Assembly (NCBI GenBank): GCA_002278935.1
Contig: NCJL01000002.1
Span: forward strand, 272,267-336,266
DNA: 64,000 bases
From: Gallionellales bacterium 39-52-133
GTDB taxonomy: Bacteria; Pseudomonadota; Gammaproteobacteria; Burkholderiales; Gallionellaceae
Direction: 5' to 3'
The notes beneath the pieces are model-generated. The model saw nothing but the letters and a program-made list of their open reading frames with translations, was not told the DNA's origin and searched no databases. The stretch's first letter is position 1. Each line of letters begins with the position of its first letter. Made by a program: the position numbers and the translations under genes. Shown here one piece after another: positions 1-8,337 of this stretch.

Positions 1-1
1 C

Positions 2-463
2 GCAACCTTCAAGAGCGGTCCTATCAATGCGGGTGCGGCTTATTCAACAGCTAAGCCAGCTGTTGGTAGCGAGGCATCAGTGACTCAGATGACCGTAGGT
101 GCTGGCTTTAACTTTGGCGATGGTTCAGTCATGGCTGGTTACGCTACGATGACTACAAAAGGCGCTTCTGCCGCTATGGAGAATGCTAAGCGTAACAATA
201 TGTGGGTTGGCGCTTCTTTCAACATGAGCTCTAAAATTGGCCTGCTGGCCGGTTACTACAAGACAGCAACTACCGCTTCTGTAGCAGTTGGAGCGACACA
301 AAATGAAGCAACTGACGTGCGCATGGTTGTGGGTGGTACATACTCACTGTCCAAGCGTACCAAGTTCTATGCTGAAGCTGATAGAAAAACAACCAACGCT
401 GGCGGTGCTGCTTCTGATGTTGTAGAAAGCGGCTACGCTTTAGGTCTGTCAACTACCTTCTAA
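2..463 (+). CDS. Outer-membrane porin, C-terminal part (5' end lies upstream of the window)
   Basis: The frame is open from base 2 to the TAA at 461-463. The sequence is Gly/Ala/Thr/Tyr-rich with an alternating beta-strand pattern and ends ...GYALGLSTTF, a terminal Phe typical of Gram-negative beta-barrels. A hairpin terminator follows. Confidence 0.6.
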   Translation, partial: ATFKSGPINAGAAYSTAKPAVGSEASVTQMTVGAGFNFGDGSVMAGYATMTTKGASAAMENAKRNNMWVGASFNMSSKIGLLAGYYKTATTASVAVGATQNEATDVRMVVGGTYSLSKRTKFYAEADRKTTNAGGAASDVVESGYALGLSTTF

Positions 464-508
464 TCATGCGCAGGGGTGACCCTGTAGAGATTTAGCAAAG
501 TAGATAAA

Positions 509-537
509 ACGGGCTCCTTCGGGAGCCCGTTTTTTTA
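509..537 (+). terminator. Rho-independent terminator after the porin gene
   Basis: GGGCTCC-TTCG-GGAGCCC stem-loop followed by a T7 run. Confidence 0.65.
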
Positions 538-585
538 TTGCTTAAAGATTAATAATTGTAAATTTAGACCATGACAACAGGCTGG

Positions 586-614
586 TTAAATACCGTGAAA
601 CTTAACGATATAAT
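586..614 (+). promoter_or_regulatory. Candidate sigma70 promoter for the MBL hydrolase gene
   Basis: TTAAAT, 17-nt spacer, TATAAT, located 50 nt upstream of the ATG at 664. Confidence 0.3.
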
Positions 615-663
615 CGCGTTCTGAAGTGTAGTTGCCCATGTTATTTATTTTGAGTGAACCATT

Positions 664-1611
664 ATGTCCGGTAAATTTATATTTTCTGCATTGCTGAGTG
701 GCGTTTTACTCTCGTTTGCGCAAGCGGGTGTTGCAGGCGTGACCGTAAAGCCGTTAAAGGTGAGCGCCCACGCTTATTACGTGCAGGGTGAAGCAGGGCT
801 CGCTTCCTCTGCAAATGAGGGATTTATGTCGAATGCCGCTTTTGTGGTAACCGATGAGGGGGTGGTGGTTTTCGACACGCTGGGCACGGCGGTGCTGGGG
901 CAAAAACTGGTTGAGGCTATCAGGCAAGTCACGGACAAGCCGATCAAGCGGGTGATCGTGAGCCATTACCATGCCGACCATATCTACGGTTTGCAGGTGT
1001 TTCAGGATATGGGCGCCGAGATCTGGGCGCATAAAAGCGGGCAGGATTATCTGGCTTCCGAGACGGCGACCAGGCTGATGAGTGAGCGGCGCGAAACGCT
1101 GTTTCCGTGGGTGGATGACAAGAGCAGGCTGGTGGCGGCGGACAAATGGCTGGAGGGCGATACCGACTTCAAAATGGGCGGGCTGCATTTTGAGTTGCGC
1201 CATGTCGGGCCGGCCCATGCGCCGGATGATATGGTGATGGTGCTTAAAGAAGACGGCGTGCTGTTTGCCGGCGACCTGATCTTTATCGGCCGCGTGCCCT
1301 ATGTGGGCGATGCCGACAGCCGCAGCTGGCTGGTGGCGATCGACAGGCTGATTGCTTTCAAGCCAAAATATTTGATCACCGGGCATGGTGCAGCCTCCAG
1401 CACGCCGGTAAAAGACCTGGAGTTAACCCGTGATTATCTGCGTTATCTGCGCAAGGTGATGGGCAAGGCGGTGGAAGACTTTGTGCCGTTTGCCGAGGCG
1501 TATGACAACACAGACTGGTCGCAATTTTCCAGTTTGCCTGCCTTTAAGGAAGGCAATCGGGAGAATGCGTATAACACTTATTTGTTGATGGAGCGGGAGT
1601 CGATGCAGTGA
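664..1611 (+). CDS. Secreted MBL-fold metallo-hydrolase
   Basis: N-terminal signal peptide (LLSFAQAGVAG). HYHADH zinc-binding motif (HxHxDH) and downstream His/Asp ligands typical of the metallo-beta-lactamase fold. Confidence 0.8.
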   Translation: MSGKFIFSALLSGVLLSFAQAGVAGVTVKPLKVSAHAYYVQGEAGLASSANEGFMSNAAFVVTDEGVVVFDTLGTAVLGQKLVEAIRQVTDKPIKRVIVSHYHADHIYGLQVFQDMGAEIWAHKSGQDYLASETATRLMSERRETLFPWVDDKSRLVAADKWLEGDTDFKMGGLHFELRHVGPAHAPDDMVMVLKEDGVLFAGDLIFIGRVPYVGDADSRSWLVAIDRLIAFKPKYLITGHGAASSTPVKDLELTRDYLRYLRKVMGKAVEDFVPFAEAYDNTDWSQFSSLPAFKEGNRENAYNTYLLMERESMQ

Positions 1612-1626
1612 GTGCTGAGTCAGTGA

Positions 1627-1700
1627 GTCGGGTTAGCGCAGCGTAACCCGACAAAGGGTGGTAGCTATCAAAACGTCGGGTTACGCTGCGCTAACCCGAC
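1627..1700. repeat. REP-like palindromic doublet (two inverted 26-nt copies, each itself a hairpin)
   Basis: GTCGGGTTAGCGCAGCGTAACCCGAC at 1627-1652 and its reverse complement at 1675-1700, lying between two convergent genes. Confidence 0.65.
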
Positions 1701-1717
1701 CTGCACAAAGTATCAAG

Positions 1718-2869
1718 CTACAACATCCGCGATTTATCGCCCGATAAAAAATTTCGCAACGGCGCATCGATACCTTTACCGAGTGCAATCACCTTGAACA
1801 GCTCGCCCATTTCCGCCGGGCTGGTGAGTTTTTGAATTTGCGCAGAGAGCGGTATGTATGCTGCCAGGTTATCAGGCGAAATATCTTTTATCAGCTCTGT
1901 TATGCCGCCATTAATCAGAAAGTGAGCCTGGGTGGTGTAACCCAGCAGGTGCGCGCCATGGTCGATTGCGCTTTCGGCGACGGCGGTAAAGTCCACATGC
2001 GCGGTGATGTCCTGCAGGCCGGGCAGAAAGAATGGATCATCATGCGCCTGGTGGCGGTAGTGGCACATCAGCGTGCCGGTGCTGCGTTGCGGATGGTAAT
2101 ACTCGCGTGCGCCAAAGCCGTAATCGATGAACATCAGTGCGCCGTTGCTGAGGCGCTCACACAGGCTGCTGACCAGCCCGCGTGCGGTGAGCGAGATCTC
2201 ACTTAGATAGTCGTCCGGCACATTGATTTGCCGGGTCAACTCAAGCAAAGCCGGATTTTCAGGCAAGCGCTCTTCCCAGATAAAATTGCTGCCCTTGCTC
2301 GCCACACCGCGCTCGAATATGCGTGTATCCGACCAGCGCACCAGATGCACCGGCAGCGCATCCAGCACTTCATTTGCAATAACCGCGCCGGAAATTTGCG
2401 CGGGTAATACATCCAGCCATTGCACGCGTTCGAAGAGGTGCGGCAAATGTTTGTGCAACAGTGCTTGCTGGCGCTCGCGCAGGTCAGCGCTTACTTCAAG
2501 TATGGAGTAGGAGGCAGGCAGTTGTTCCAGTCGCTCCAATTCGCCAAGGATATCGAGAGCCAGCTTGCCGCTGCCCGCGCCCAGTTCCAGAATATGAGGT
2601 GAGCTTAAGGCTATGATGTCGGCCAGCTGGCGCGCCATGGTGCGGCCAAACAGCGGCGATAGTTCAGGCGCGGTAATGAAGTCGCCCGCAGCACCAAACT
2701 TGCTTGCTCCCGCACTGTAGTAGCCCAGGCCGGGCGCATACAGCGCCAGTTCCATAAAGCGCGAAAACGGTATCCAGCCGTCTTGCAACGCGATGTCGTG
2801 ATGTATCAGTTCGCACAGTTGCCGGCTGTGCTGTTGTGCTTCAGGGCTGGGCAACGGTAGGGAGGACAT
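1718..2869 (-). CDS. Class I SAM-dependent methyltransferase, DUF185/MidA/NDUFAF7-like
   Basis: 383 aa with a glycine-rich SAM motif ILELGAGSGKLALDIL. The length and overall pattern match the COG1565 family. Confidence 0.75.
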   Translation of the reverse strand: MSSLPLPSPEAQQHSRQLCELIHHDIALQDGWIPFSRFMELALYAPGLGYYSAGASKFGAAGDFITAPELSPLFGRTMARQLADIIALSSPHILELGAGSGKLALDILGELERLEQLPASYSILEVSADLRERQQALLHKHLPHLFERVQWLDVLPAQISGAVIANEVLDALPVHLVRWSDTRIFERGVASKGSNFIWEERLPENPALLELTRQINVPDDYLSEISLTARGLVSSLCERLSNGALMFIDYGFGAREYYHPQRSTGTLMCHYRHQAHDDPFFLPGLQDITAHVDFTAVAESAIDHGAHLLGYTTQAHFLINGGITELIKDISPDNLAAYIPLSAQIQKLTSPAEMGELFKVIALGKGIDAPLRNFLSGDKSRML

Positions 2870-2987
2870 GAGCGGGATGTGTTAAATTACGGGCTGCTAA
2901 GTTTAATCCTATTGCCCCTGCTCGAATAGCGTTAATGCAACGTCGAGTTTGATCAGTGAGTGCAGCTGGGGGTGAAATATTGTGTTT

Positions 2988-3056
2988 AGTGGGAGCGCCG
3001 ACGTCCCCGTCGGCAAATTGTTTGAAAGAGCCGACGGGGACGTCGGCGCTCCCACT
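2988..3056. repeat. Palindromic intergenic element (27-nt arms)
   Basis: AGTGGGAGCGCCGACGTCCCCGTCGGC ... GCCGACGGGGACGTCGGCGCTCCCACT, perfect inverted arms around a 15-nt loop. Confidence 0.65.
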
Positions 3057-3150
3057 CATAATTTGTCGAACTATTTAATGTTTTATTGATACCGGATTAA
3101 TATAAAAAAAATATCTGTGTTGTGACAGATTTGAATTCGAAGGTGTGTTC

Positions 3151-3903
3151 ATGAGTGATTCGATGCAAGGCAAAGTGATATTGGTAACCGGGGGCGCAAA
3201 ACGCGTGGGCGCTGCAATCAGCCGGCGGCTGCATGCAGCGGGTGCAAATATTGCGCTGCACTACCGTTCTTCCGCGCAGGAGGCCTTGACACTGCAGGCC
3301 GAGTTGAATGCAAAGCGTGCGGATTCGGTGCTGTGCGTGCAGGCTGATCTGCTGGATATGCATGATTTGCCCGGGATGGTAACGGCAACCGTCAAGCATT
3401 TTGGCCGGCTGGATGGCCTGGTCAATAATGCGTCCAGTTTTTATGCAACCACGCTGGCGGAGGTGGATGAGACGCACTGGTCCGATCTGCTCGGCACCAA
3501 TCTGAAAGCGCCATTGTTCCTGGCGCAGGCCGCCGAGAAAGAGTTGCGCAAGCATCATGGTGCCATCGTCAATATTGTCGATATTCATGCCGAGCGGCCG
3601 ATGCAGGGGCATCTGGTATACAGCGTGGCCAAAGCCGGACTGGTGGCGCTGACCAAGGCGCTGGCGCAGGAACTGGCACCGCAGGTGCGGGTGAATGCGG
3701 TGGCGCCTGGCGTGATTATCTGGCCGGAGCAGGGCAATTGGGAAAATGAAGAACGGCGCAGGCAGATTGTCGAACATACGCTGCTTAAACGCGAAGGCGA
3801 ACCGGACGATATTGCAAAGACGGTGCAATTTTTGCTCGGCAGCGCGCCGTATATCACCGGGCAGGTGATTGCGGTGGATGGCGGACGCAGTATTAATTTG
3901 TAA
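3151..3903 (+). CDS. Pteridine reductase (PTR1-like short-chain dehydrogenase)
   Basis: VTGGAKRVGAAISRRLHAAGANIALHY Rossmann motif and YSVAK catalytic motif, with strong resemblance to PTR1-type SDRs. GAAGG lies 8 nt upstream of the ATG at 3151; the ORF track begins at the GTG at 3145. Confidence 0.8.
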   Translation: MSDSMQGKVILVTGGAKRVGAAISRRLHAAGANIALHYRSSAQEALTLQAELNAKRADSVLCVQADLLDMHDLPGMVTATVKHFGRLDGLVNNASSFYATTLAEVDETHWSDLLGTNLKAPLFLAQAAEKELRKHHGAIVNIVDIHAERPMQGHLVYSVAKAGLVALTKALAQELAPQVRVNAVAPGVIIWPEQGNWENEERRRQIVEHTLLKREGEPDDIAKTVQFLLGSAPYITGQVIAVDGGRSINL

Positions 3904-4015
3904 TGGCTTTAAGGGTTTCCTGCCAGATACATCAGCTAATGATAAAATAACACCAATTCTTTGTTTTATTTCAATTGTACAAACGCTTGCAGGAAATTCA
4001 GGATACGTTGAACAA

Positions 4016-4081
4016 GCCCTTCGACAAGCTTAGGGCGAACGGTTATTTGATGAAATCCGTTCGTGCTGAGCTTGTCGAAGC
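4016..4081. repeat. Solo hairpin made of two inverted copies of the 26-nt 'CCCTTCGACAAGCTCAGGGCGAACGG' repeat
   Basis: Left arm 4016-4042 and right arm 4057-4081. The same 26-mer brackets the GIY-YIG gene at 5528-5936. Confidence 0.7.
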
Positions 4082-4141
4082 ATGAGCGGAGCGCTCCTGA
4101 TTCGGATTTTTATAAATGGATTCTGCAAGTAACATTTAATT

Positions 4142-4990
4142 ATGAACGCTATCACACAACCCATCCATTTCGAGTATCGCTCGACCAATTTCAACCGTTT
4201 GCGCGGCAAGCTGGAGCAGCTTGTTGGCAAGGCCATCGGCGATTTCAATATGATCGAGGAGGGCGATGTGATCATGGTGTGTATGTCGGGTGGCAAGGAC
4301 TCGTACACGCTGCTGGAGGTTTTACGTGCACTGCAGAAACGCGCGCCAATCAAGTTCAGGCTGATTGCGATGAATCTGGACCAGAAGCAGCCGGGTTTCC
4401 CCGATCACATTTTGCCGGACTACTTCAAATCGATAGGTGTGGAATATCACATTGAAACGCAGGACACCTATTCCATTGTCAAGGAAAAAATCCCCGAGGG
4501 CAAAACCACCTGTTCGCTTTGCTCACGCCTGCGTCGCGGCATTATCTACAAGGTGGCGGGTGAGCTGGGGGCGAACAAGATTGCGCTGGGTCATCACCGC
4601 GATGACATGATAGAGACTTTATTTTTGAATATGTTCTTTGGCGGCAAGCTCAAGGCGATGCCGCCCAAACTGGTGACCGACAAGGGCGACCATGTGGTGA
4701 TTCGTCCGCTGGCCTATTGCGCCGAGAAGGATATCGCCAGCTTTGCACGCGCGATGGAGTTTCCGATTATTCCGTGCAACCTGTGCGGCTCGCAGGAAAA
4801 TCTGCAGCGCCAGAATATCAAGGAAATGCTGAACGAGTGGGAGCATCAGTATCCGGGCCGCAGACAAACCATCTTCACCTCGATGCAGAACATCAAGCCG
4901 TCGCATCTGATGGACAGCACTCTATTCGATTTCAAGGGCATTAAAGTGGGTGATGTGGTGGCAGAGGGTGATGTGGCGTTTGACGACTAA
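4142..4990 (+). CDS. ttcA: tRNA 2-thiocytidine(32) synthetase
   Basis: PP-loop motif CMSGGKDS and the [10 protein letters not shown] and PCNLCGSQ cysteine motifs. 282 aa, typical TtcA length. Confidence 0.9.
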   Translation: MNAITQPIHFEYRSTNFNRLRGKLEQLVGKAIGDFNMIEEGDVIMVCMSGGKDSYTLLEVLRALQKRAPIKFRLIAMNLDQKQPGFPDHILPDYFKSIGVEYHIETQDTYSIVKEKIPEGKTTCSLCSRLRRGIIYKVAGELGANKIALGHHRDDMIETLFLNMFFGGKLKAMPPKLVTDKGDHVVIRPLAYCAEKDIASFARAMEFPIIPCNLCGSQENLQRQNIKEMLNEWEHQYPGRRQTIFTSMQNIKPSHLMDSTLFDFKGIKVGDVVAEGDVAFDD

Positions 4991-5021
4991 ATATTAAATA
5001 TAATCAAGTACTTATAAAATA

Positions 5022-5468
5022 TCAAACAGCAATCTTGAAAATCAGTTTGCGTATTTTTCCCGTACTCACCAGCGGCGCATGCGCATCATCCGGAAAGAAA
5101 ATGCAGAAGGCATTGGCCGGCGTGCTGATCCAGCTATCTGCCGTATCGTTAAAGAAACGAATGTCGCGTTCCTCGTTGTAATCGCTCACAGGCTGCAGGC
5201 AATCCGCCAGCGGTTTCCAGCCCATCTCGTCAGTCCCCTGCAGCACCAACTGAATGTCGATGTAACGACGGTGGCATTCCAGCCTGGCCTCTGTACGCGT
5301 GCGACCCTGTGCTTCTTCCACGATTACGAATAACTGCTTGTCAATAATTTGATGGATACCCGTGCTGAGTGTACTCAAGTCTGTATTGCGAATGAATTCG
5401 AAAGCACGGGGGAACAGTGGGTGCAATGCAGCATAGCGGTCGGCTTGGGAGAGGGTGGCGAAGATCAT
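5022..5468 (-). CDS. YhcH/YjgK/YiaL family protein (DUF386)
   Basis: 148 aa. The N-terminus MIFATLSQADRY...LHPLF and the C-terminal FFPDDAHAP motif are characteristic of the family. Confidence 0.75.
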   Translation of the reverse strand: MIFATLSQADRYAALHPLFPRAFEFIRNTDLSTLSTGIHQIIDKQLFVIVEEAQGRTRTEARLECHRRYIDIQLVLQGTDEMGWKPLADCLQPVSDYNEERDIRFFNDTADSWISTPANAFCIFFPDDAHAPLVSTGKIRKLIFKIAV

Positions 5469-5527
5469 AATTGGTCAAGCGTAATGTAAGTTGTATTTTT
5501 TGCAAGCTCATCATGGTAAATATAAAT

Positions 5528-5553
5528 CCGTTCGCCCTGAGCCTGTCGAAGGG
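5528..5553. repeat. 26-nt repeat copy flanking the 3' side of the GIY-YIG gene
   Basis: CCGTTCGCCCTGAGCCTGTCGAAGGG, the inverted partner of 5911-5936. Confidence 0.7.
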
Positions 5554-5561
5554 TGAAGCGG

Positions 5562-5852
5562 CTAGCCAACTTTGTTAGTGCTTTTTGACAAGCGAGAAAC
5601 TTCCGCCCAATCGCCTTGCATCATTGCTTCTTTTTTCTTCCTGCCCCAGCCCTTGATTTGCTGTTCAGCTGCAAGGGCTTCAATCCGAGTGGCGCATTCC
5701 TGACTGAACACTAATTCAACAGGCAAGCGACTTGCGGTGTAGCCGCCACAAAGGCCAGCTTGATGTTCACCAATGCGATGTTCGAGATTATCAGTGTGCC
5801 CTGTGTAATACGAATTGTCTGCACACTTCAGTATATATACCCAGAAACTCAT
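5562..5852 (-). CDS. GIY-YIG nuclease family protein (small, stand-alone URI domain)
   Basis: WVYILKCADNSYYTGHTDNLEHRIGEHQ contains the GIY...YxG...R...E motifs. 96 aa. Confidence 0.85.
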   Translation of the reverse strand: MSFWVYILKCADNSYYTGHTDNLEHRIGEHQAGLCGGYTASRLPVELVFSQECATRIEALAAEQQIKGWGRKKKEAMMQGDWAEVSRLSKSTNKVG

Positions 5853-5910
5853 ACTTGTTATGCTCCGGTTTCATTCACAATATGACCAAATATTTTTGAG
5901 CGCCGTCCAA

Positions 5911-5936
5911 CCCTTCGACAAGCTCAGGGCGAACGG
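5911..5936. repeat. 26-nt repeat copy flanking the 5' side of the GIY-YIG gene
   Basis: CCCTTCGACAAGCTCAGGGCGAACGG, the inverted partner of 5528-5553. Confidence 0.7.
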
Positions 5937-5950
5937 GTTATAGGCCTGGA

Positions 5951-7288
5951 TTAGATAAACCGGGCGATCATGCCATGTTCCAAATTTCCGCTTAACGGTA
6001 TCTGCACGCGGTGGCCGCTGCCTGGAGCTACGCTTATCGTTTTTCCATCCATGCCGTGCATTTCTGTAACATCAACAATCTGGTTGCCGTCTGGGTGGAT
6101 GACTTCCAGCTTGTCACCCACCTGGAATTTATTTTTCACGTCGATCTCCGCCAAGCCATTCGCACAGCTGACGATGTCGCCCACATATTGCTGGCGTGTG
6201 CTCACTGAGTGGCCGCGCATGTAGTTCTGGTGTTCGTGGGTGTGGTGGCGCTCGTAGAAACCGTCGGTGTAGCCACGGCTGGCCAGCGCATCCAGCGCGC
6301 CGAGCAGGCCATAGTTGAAGGGACGGCCGGCGACCGCATCGTCGATTGCCTGGCGGTACACCTGGGCGGTGCGTGCCACGTAATAGATCGACTTGGTGCG
6401 GCCTTCCACCTTGAGTGAATCGATGCCGATTTTGGCCAGACGCTCGACATGCTCCACCGCGCGCAGGTCTTTGGAGTTCATGATGTAGGTGCCGTGTTCG
6501 TCTTCCAGCACCGGCATCAGTTCGTCGGGATGGTCGCCGCGCGCGATCAGGTAGGGCTCATCCGCCAGCGGGTGGCGCGGGATCGAGCCGCAATCAGACA
6601 GGGCGCTTTCACTCAGGGCTTTATCAAAATCAAATTCTATTTTCTGGATATCGCCGGCACCGTCTTCCTGTGCATTCGCCACCTTGTAATCCCAGCGGCA
6701 GGAGTTGGTGCAGGTGCCCTGGTTGGCATCGCGGTGGTTGAAGTAGCCGGAGAGCAGGCAGCGGCCTGAGTAGGCGATGCACAGCGCGCCGTGCACAAAC
6801 ACCTCCAGTTCCATGTCCGGGCATTGCTGGCGGATTTCATCAATCTCATCCAGCGACAGTTCACGCGACAGAATCACGCGTTCGAGCCCCAGCGATTTCC
6901 AGAATTTCACCGCCGCATAATTGACGGTGTTGGCCTGTACCGACAGATGAATCGGCACTTCCGGCCAGCGCTCGCGCACCATCATGATGAGACCTGGGTC
7001 GGCCATGATCAGCGCATCCGGCTTCATCGCAATCACCGGTTCCATGTCGGCCATATAGGTTTTCACCTTGGCGTTGTGCGGCATCAGGTTGCTGGCGACA
7101 AACAGTTTTTTGCCCAGTGCATGCGCCTCCTGAATGCCGATCTGTAATTCCTCCAGCCTGAATTCATTGTTGCGTGCTCGCAGGCTGTAGCGCGGCTGCC
7201 CGGCATACACCGCGTCTGCGCCGAAGGCGTAGGCGGTGCGCATTTTATCAAGGGTGCCGGCGGGTAATAGCAGTTCTGGTGTTCGCAT
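5951..7288 (-). CDS. Peptidase U32 family protein (YegQ/TrhP-like)
   Basis: 445 aa. The N-terminus MRTPELLLPAGTLDKMRTAYAFGADAVYAG, the conserved E..HGALC..YSGRCLLS motif and a C-terminal beta-barrel extension are as in long U32 members. Confidence 0.8.
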   Translation of the reverse strand: MRTPELLLPAGTLDKMRTAYAFGADAVYAGQPRYSLRARNNEFRLEELQIGIQEAHALGKKLFVASNLMPHNAKVKTYMADMEPVIAMKPDALIMADPGLIMMVRERWPEVPIHLSVQANTVNYAAVKFWKSLGLERVILSRELSLDEIDEIRQQCPDMELEVFVHGALCIAYSGRCLLSGYFNHRDANQGTCTNSCRWDYKVANAQEDGAGDIQKIEFDFDKALSESALSDCGSIPRHPLADEPYLIARGDHPDELMPVLEDEHGTYIMNSKDLRAVEHVERLAKIGIDSLKVEGRTKSIYYVARTAQVYRQAIDDAVAGRPFNYGLLGALDALASRGYTDGFYERHHTHEHQNYMRGHSVSTRQQYVGDIVSCANGLAEIDVKNKFQVGDKLEVIHPDGNQIVDVTEMHGMDGKTISVAPGSGHRVQIPLSGNLEHGMIARFI

Positions 7289-7362
7289 GATCGTAAATTA
7301 TAACTAATTGATTATATTCAATATTTTGTAATTTGGTTTGAAGGCTAAATCGTTCCCAGCGT

Positions 7363-7432
7363 GGTAGGGTGGGCAAAAGCCGAAGGCTGTGCCCACGTAA
7401 TCTGCGTGGGCAGATGAAGCTTGCCCACCCTA
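7363..7432. repeat. Compound palindromic REP-like element
   Basis: Outer arms GTAGGGTGGGCAA (7363-7375) and TTGCCCACCCTAC (7420-7432); inner arms TGCCCACG and CGTGGGCA. It lies between metF and the U32 gene. Confidence 0.6.
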
Positions 7433-7486
7433 CGGTAGCTACGACACCACTTTCCTATTGTTCTCTGTGGCAAATGTTTTGCTGTT

Positions 7487-8320
7487 TTACAAACCTAAGC
7501 GCTTCCAGATTTCCAGGCTGGGTGCAGCCTGGTTCAATGTATAAAAATGCAGGCCGGGTGCGCCGCCCTCAAGAAGACGCTCGCCCATCTGTGTCACCAC
7601 CTCCATGCCAAAAGCCTGGATGGAGGCACTGTCATCGCCATAGCTTTCCAGTGTCTTGCGTATCCAGCGCGGAATCTCTGCACCGCAGGCATCGGAGAAA
7701 CGCGCCAGTTGTGAAAATTTCCCGATCGGCATAATGCCCGGCACGATGGGGATGGTGATGCCCAGTTTGTGGCACTGCTCGACAAAATAAAAGTAGCTGT
7801 CGGCATTGTAGAAGTACTGGGTGATCGCCGAGTCCGCTCCGGCTTTCACCTTGCGTTCGAAGTTAAGCAGGTCATCGCGCGGCGATTTGGCCTGCGGGTG
7901 AAACTCCGGGTAGGCGGCCACTTCAATGTGAAAGTGGTCGCCGGTTTCGGCGCGGATAAACGACACCAGTTCATTCGCATACTGAAACTCGCCGGTGGTC
8001 GCCATGCCCGAGGGCAGGTCGCCGCGCAAGGCCACAATGCGTTTGATGCCCAGTGTTTTGTAGGTTTGCAGGATGGCGCGGATATTGTCGCGGGTGGAGC
8101 CCACGCACGACAGATGCGGTGCCGCGCTGTTGCCGTCGGCCTGTATCTGCTGTACGGTTTCCAGCGTGCGGTCGCGCGTGGAGCCGCCGGCGCCAAAAGT
8201 GACGGAGAAAAATTCCGGTTTCAGCGGTGCCAGCTGCTTGCGCGTTGTGTTGAGTTTCTCTATGCCTTCCGCTGTCTGCGGCGGGAAGAATTCAAAACTG
8301 ATGGATAAATTTTTTGACAT
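7487..8320 (-). CDS. metF: Methylenetetrahydrofolate reductase
   Basis: N-terminus SFEFFPPQTAEG. 277 aa and collinear with bacterial MetF. Confidence 0.9.
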   Translation of the reverse strand: MSKNLSISFEFFPPQTAEGIEKLNTTRKQLAPLKPEFFSVTFGAGGSTRDRTLETVQQIQADGNSAAPHLSCVGSTRDNIRAILQTYKTLGIKRIVALRGDLPSGMATTGEFQYANELVSFIRAETGDHFHIEVAAYPEFHPQAKSPRDDLLNFERKVKAGADSAITQYFYNADSYFYFVEQCHKLGITIPIVPGIMPIGKFSQLARFSDACGAEIPRWIRKTLESYGDDSASIQAFGMEVVTQMGERLLEGGAPGLHFYTLNQAAPSLEIWKRLGL

Positions 8321-8337
8321 GTGTAAATAAATCTCCG

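Noticed and set aside
7307-7320. Annotating the TTGAT-N4-TTCAA dyads as FNR/CRP binding sites
   Set aside because: Site positions are inconsistent with class I or class II activation: several are within 20-45 nt of, or overlap, start codons, and others are in 3' regions. The extended flanks are also conserved, which looks more like a dispersed repeat. It is reported only as a finding.
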